Below are positions 63,327 through 64,000 of a stretch of 64,000 bases of DNA, in pieces. The notes below the pieces were generated by a model. It did no database searches. It was not told the DNA's origin and saw nothing but the letters and a program-made list of their open reading frames with translations. Both the position numbers and the translations under genes were made by a program. Positions within the stretch are counted from its first letter, which is position 1; every line of letters starts with the position of its first letter. The DNA is from an uncultured delta proteobacterium (lineage in GTDB: Bacteria > Desulfobacterota > Binatia > Bin18). The DNA lies in NCBI GenBank assembly GCA_963733195.1, contig CAVTCR010000047.1, forward strand, positions 1-64,000. Reading direction: 5' to 3'.

Positions 63327-63452
63327 GCCGCGTCAATGCTCGGACCTCTATCGTGTGGTCGTCCCTACCTCGCCGGGACCGACCGTGCACCTGTGTTCGT
63401 CCGATTCCCCTACGCTCACGCCCGCTCTGCGCTCTGTCCTCGCCGCTGCCCT

Positions 63453-63952
63453 CTATTCGTCGTCTCGCGTTGCCCTCGCGAGGAGTTGCGTCAGTGCGTC
63501 GCGCACCGTGCCAGCGTGTAGGGTCCTCCGGGTGCGGTCGATGTCCTTCCCGTTCAAAATACGGCCGCTCGCCGTATGCTCGTCCCCAGTCCGCATCGGC
63601 CTCACTCACAAGGTCCGTTAGGAGCGCCTCCGATTGAAGGACTTGGTTGACGTAGCTGACCAATACCACCATTGGCTGATCGAAATTCTTGAGCAGACCC
63701 TCGCTCGTCCTCACGTGGCGGAGAACAACCCCCCGCCAAGACGCCTCCCGAATCCTGGAGGTGCGCTCTCAGATAGTCGGCGATCTCGGCCTCGGTCTGG
63801 CGTTTTGGCGCGACGGGCGACTCGCCCTTCAGGAGGCCTTTCCCGACCATCCGGCCGATCGCTTCGCTCAGCGAAAACTTCCGCCCGAGTCGCACCTCTC
63901 GTTCGACGTCGGCCTCATCCGCCGACGGAGGAGTTTGCTTCGTGTCACTCAT
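63453..63952 (-). CDS. Hypothetical protein (frameshifted), likely gene cassette
   Basis: ORFs 63602-63997 and 63250-63714 join: EREVRLGRKFSLSEAIGR.....LKGESPV ... AD.DWGR.YGERPYFE...PHPEDPYT. Confidence 0.7.
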
Positions 63953-64000
63953 GTGATTTCCTGACCGCGCATCAACGCTAACTTCGCCCCTGCGCAAGCG

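Overview
64-kb bacterial chromosomal segment, mostly housekeeping and metabolic genes. Gene content (DUF1302/MMPL, amidohydrolase, F420-PPOX, OB-fold, acyl-CoA dehydrogenase, SDRs) is reminiscent of Binatota/deltaproteobacteria-like organisms; this is inference, no rRNA marker is present. It carries tRNA-Pro(GGG), surE-pcm-iscS-mnmA-mtaB-rnc, pyrD, sua5, speA/aguA, degP, csp, ligA, ppa-rsmI-nadE and dut. Many genes, including essential ones, are split by single-base indels, which points to uncorrected long-read errors rather than true pseudogenes. Highlights not explained by the ORF track: (1) a DsbA/FrnE-like gene whose CxxC motif is TGA-Pro-Trp-Cys with a SECIS-like hairpin, a probable selenoprotein; (2) an integrase-less integron cassette array at the right end (attC sites; hypothetical, GNAT and hicAB cassettes) pointing into an attI-like junction; (3) a DUF2760 + two atypical Hsp70 operon in which DUF2760 looks like a membrane-anchored GrpE; (4) many intergenic spacers hold 7/8-mer degenerate tandem repeats arranged as inverted arms, with many different monomers; (5) several REP families, a RAYT transposase with a REP inside its ORF, and a twice-occurring composite MITE-like element.
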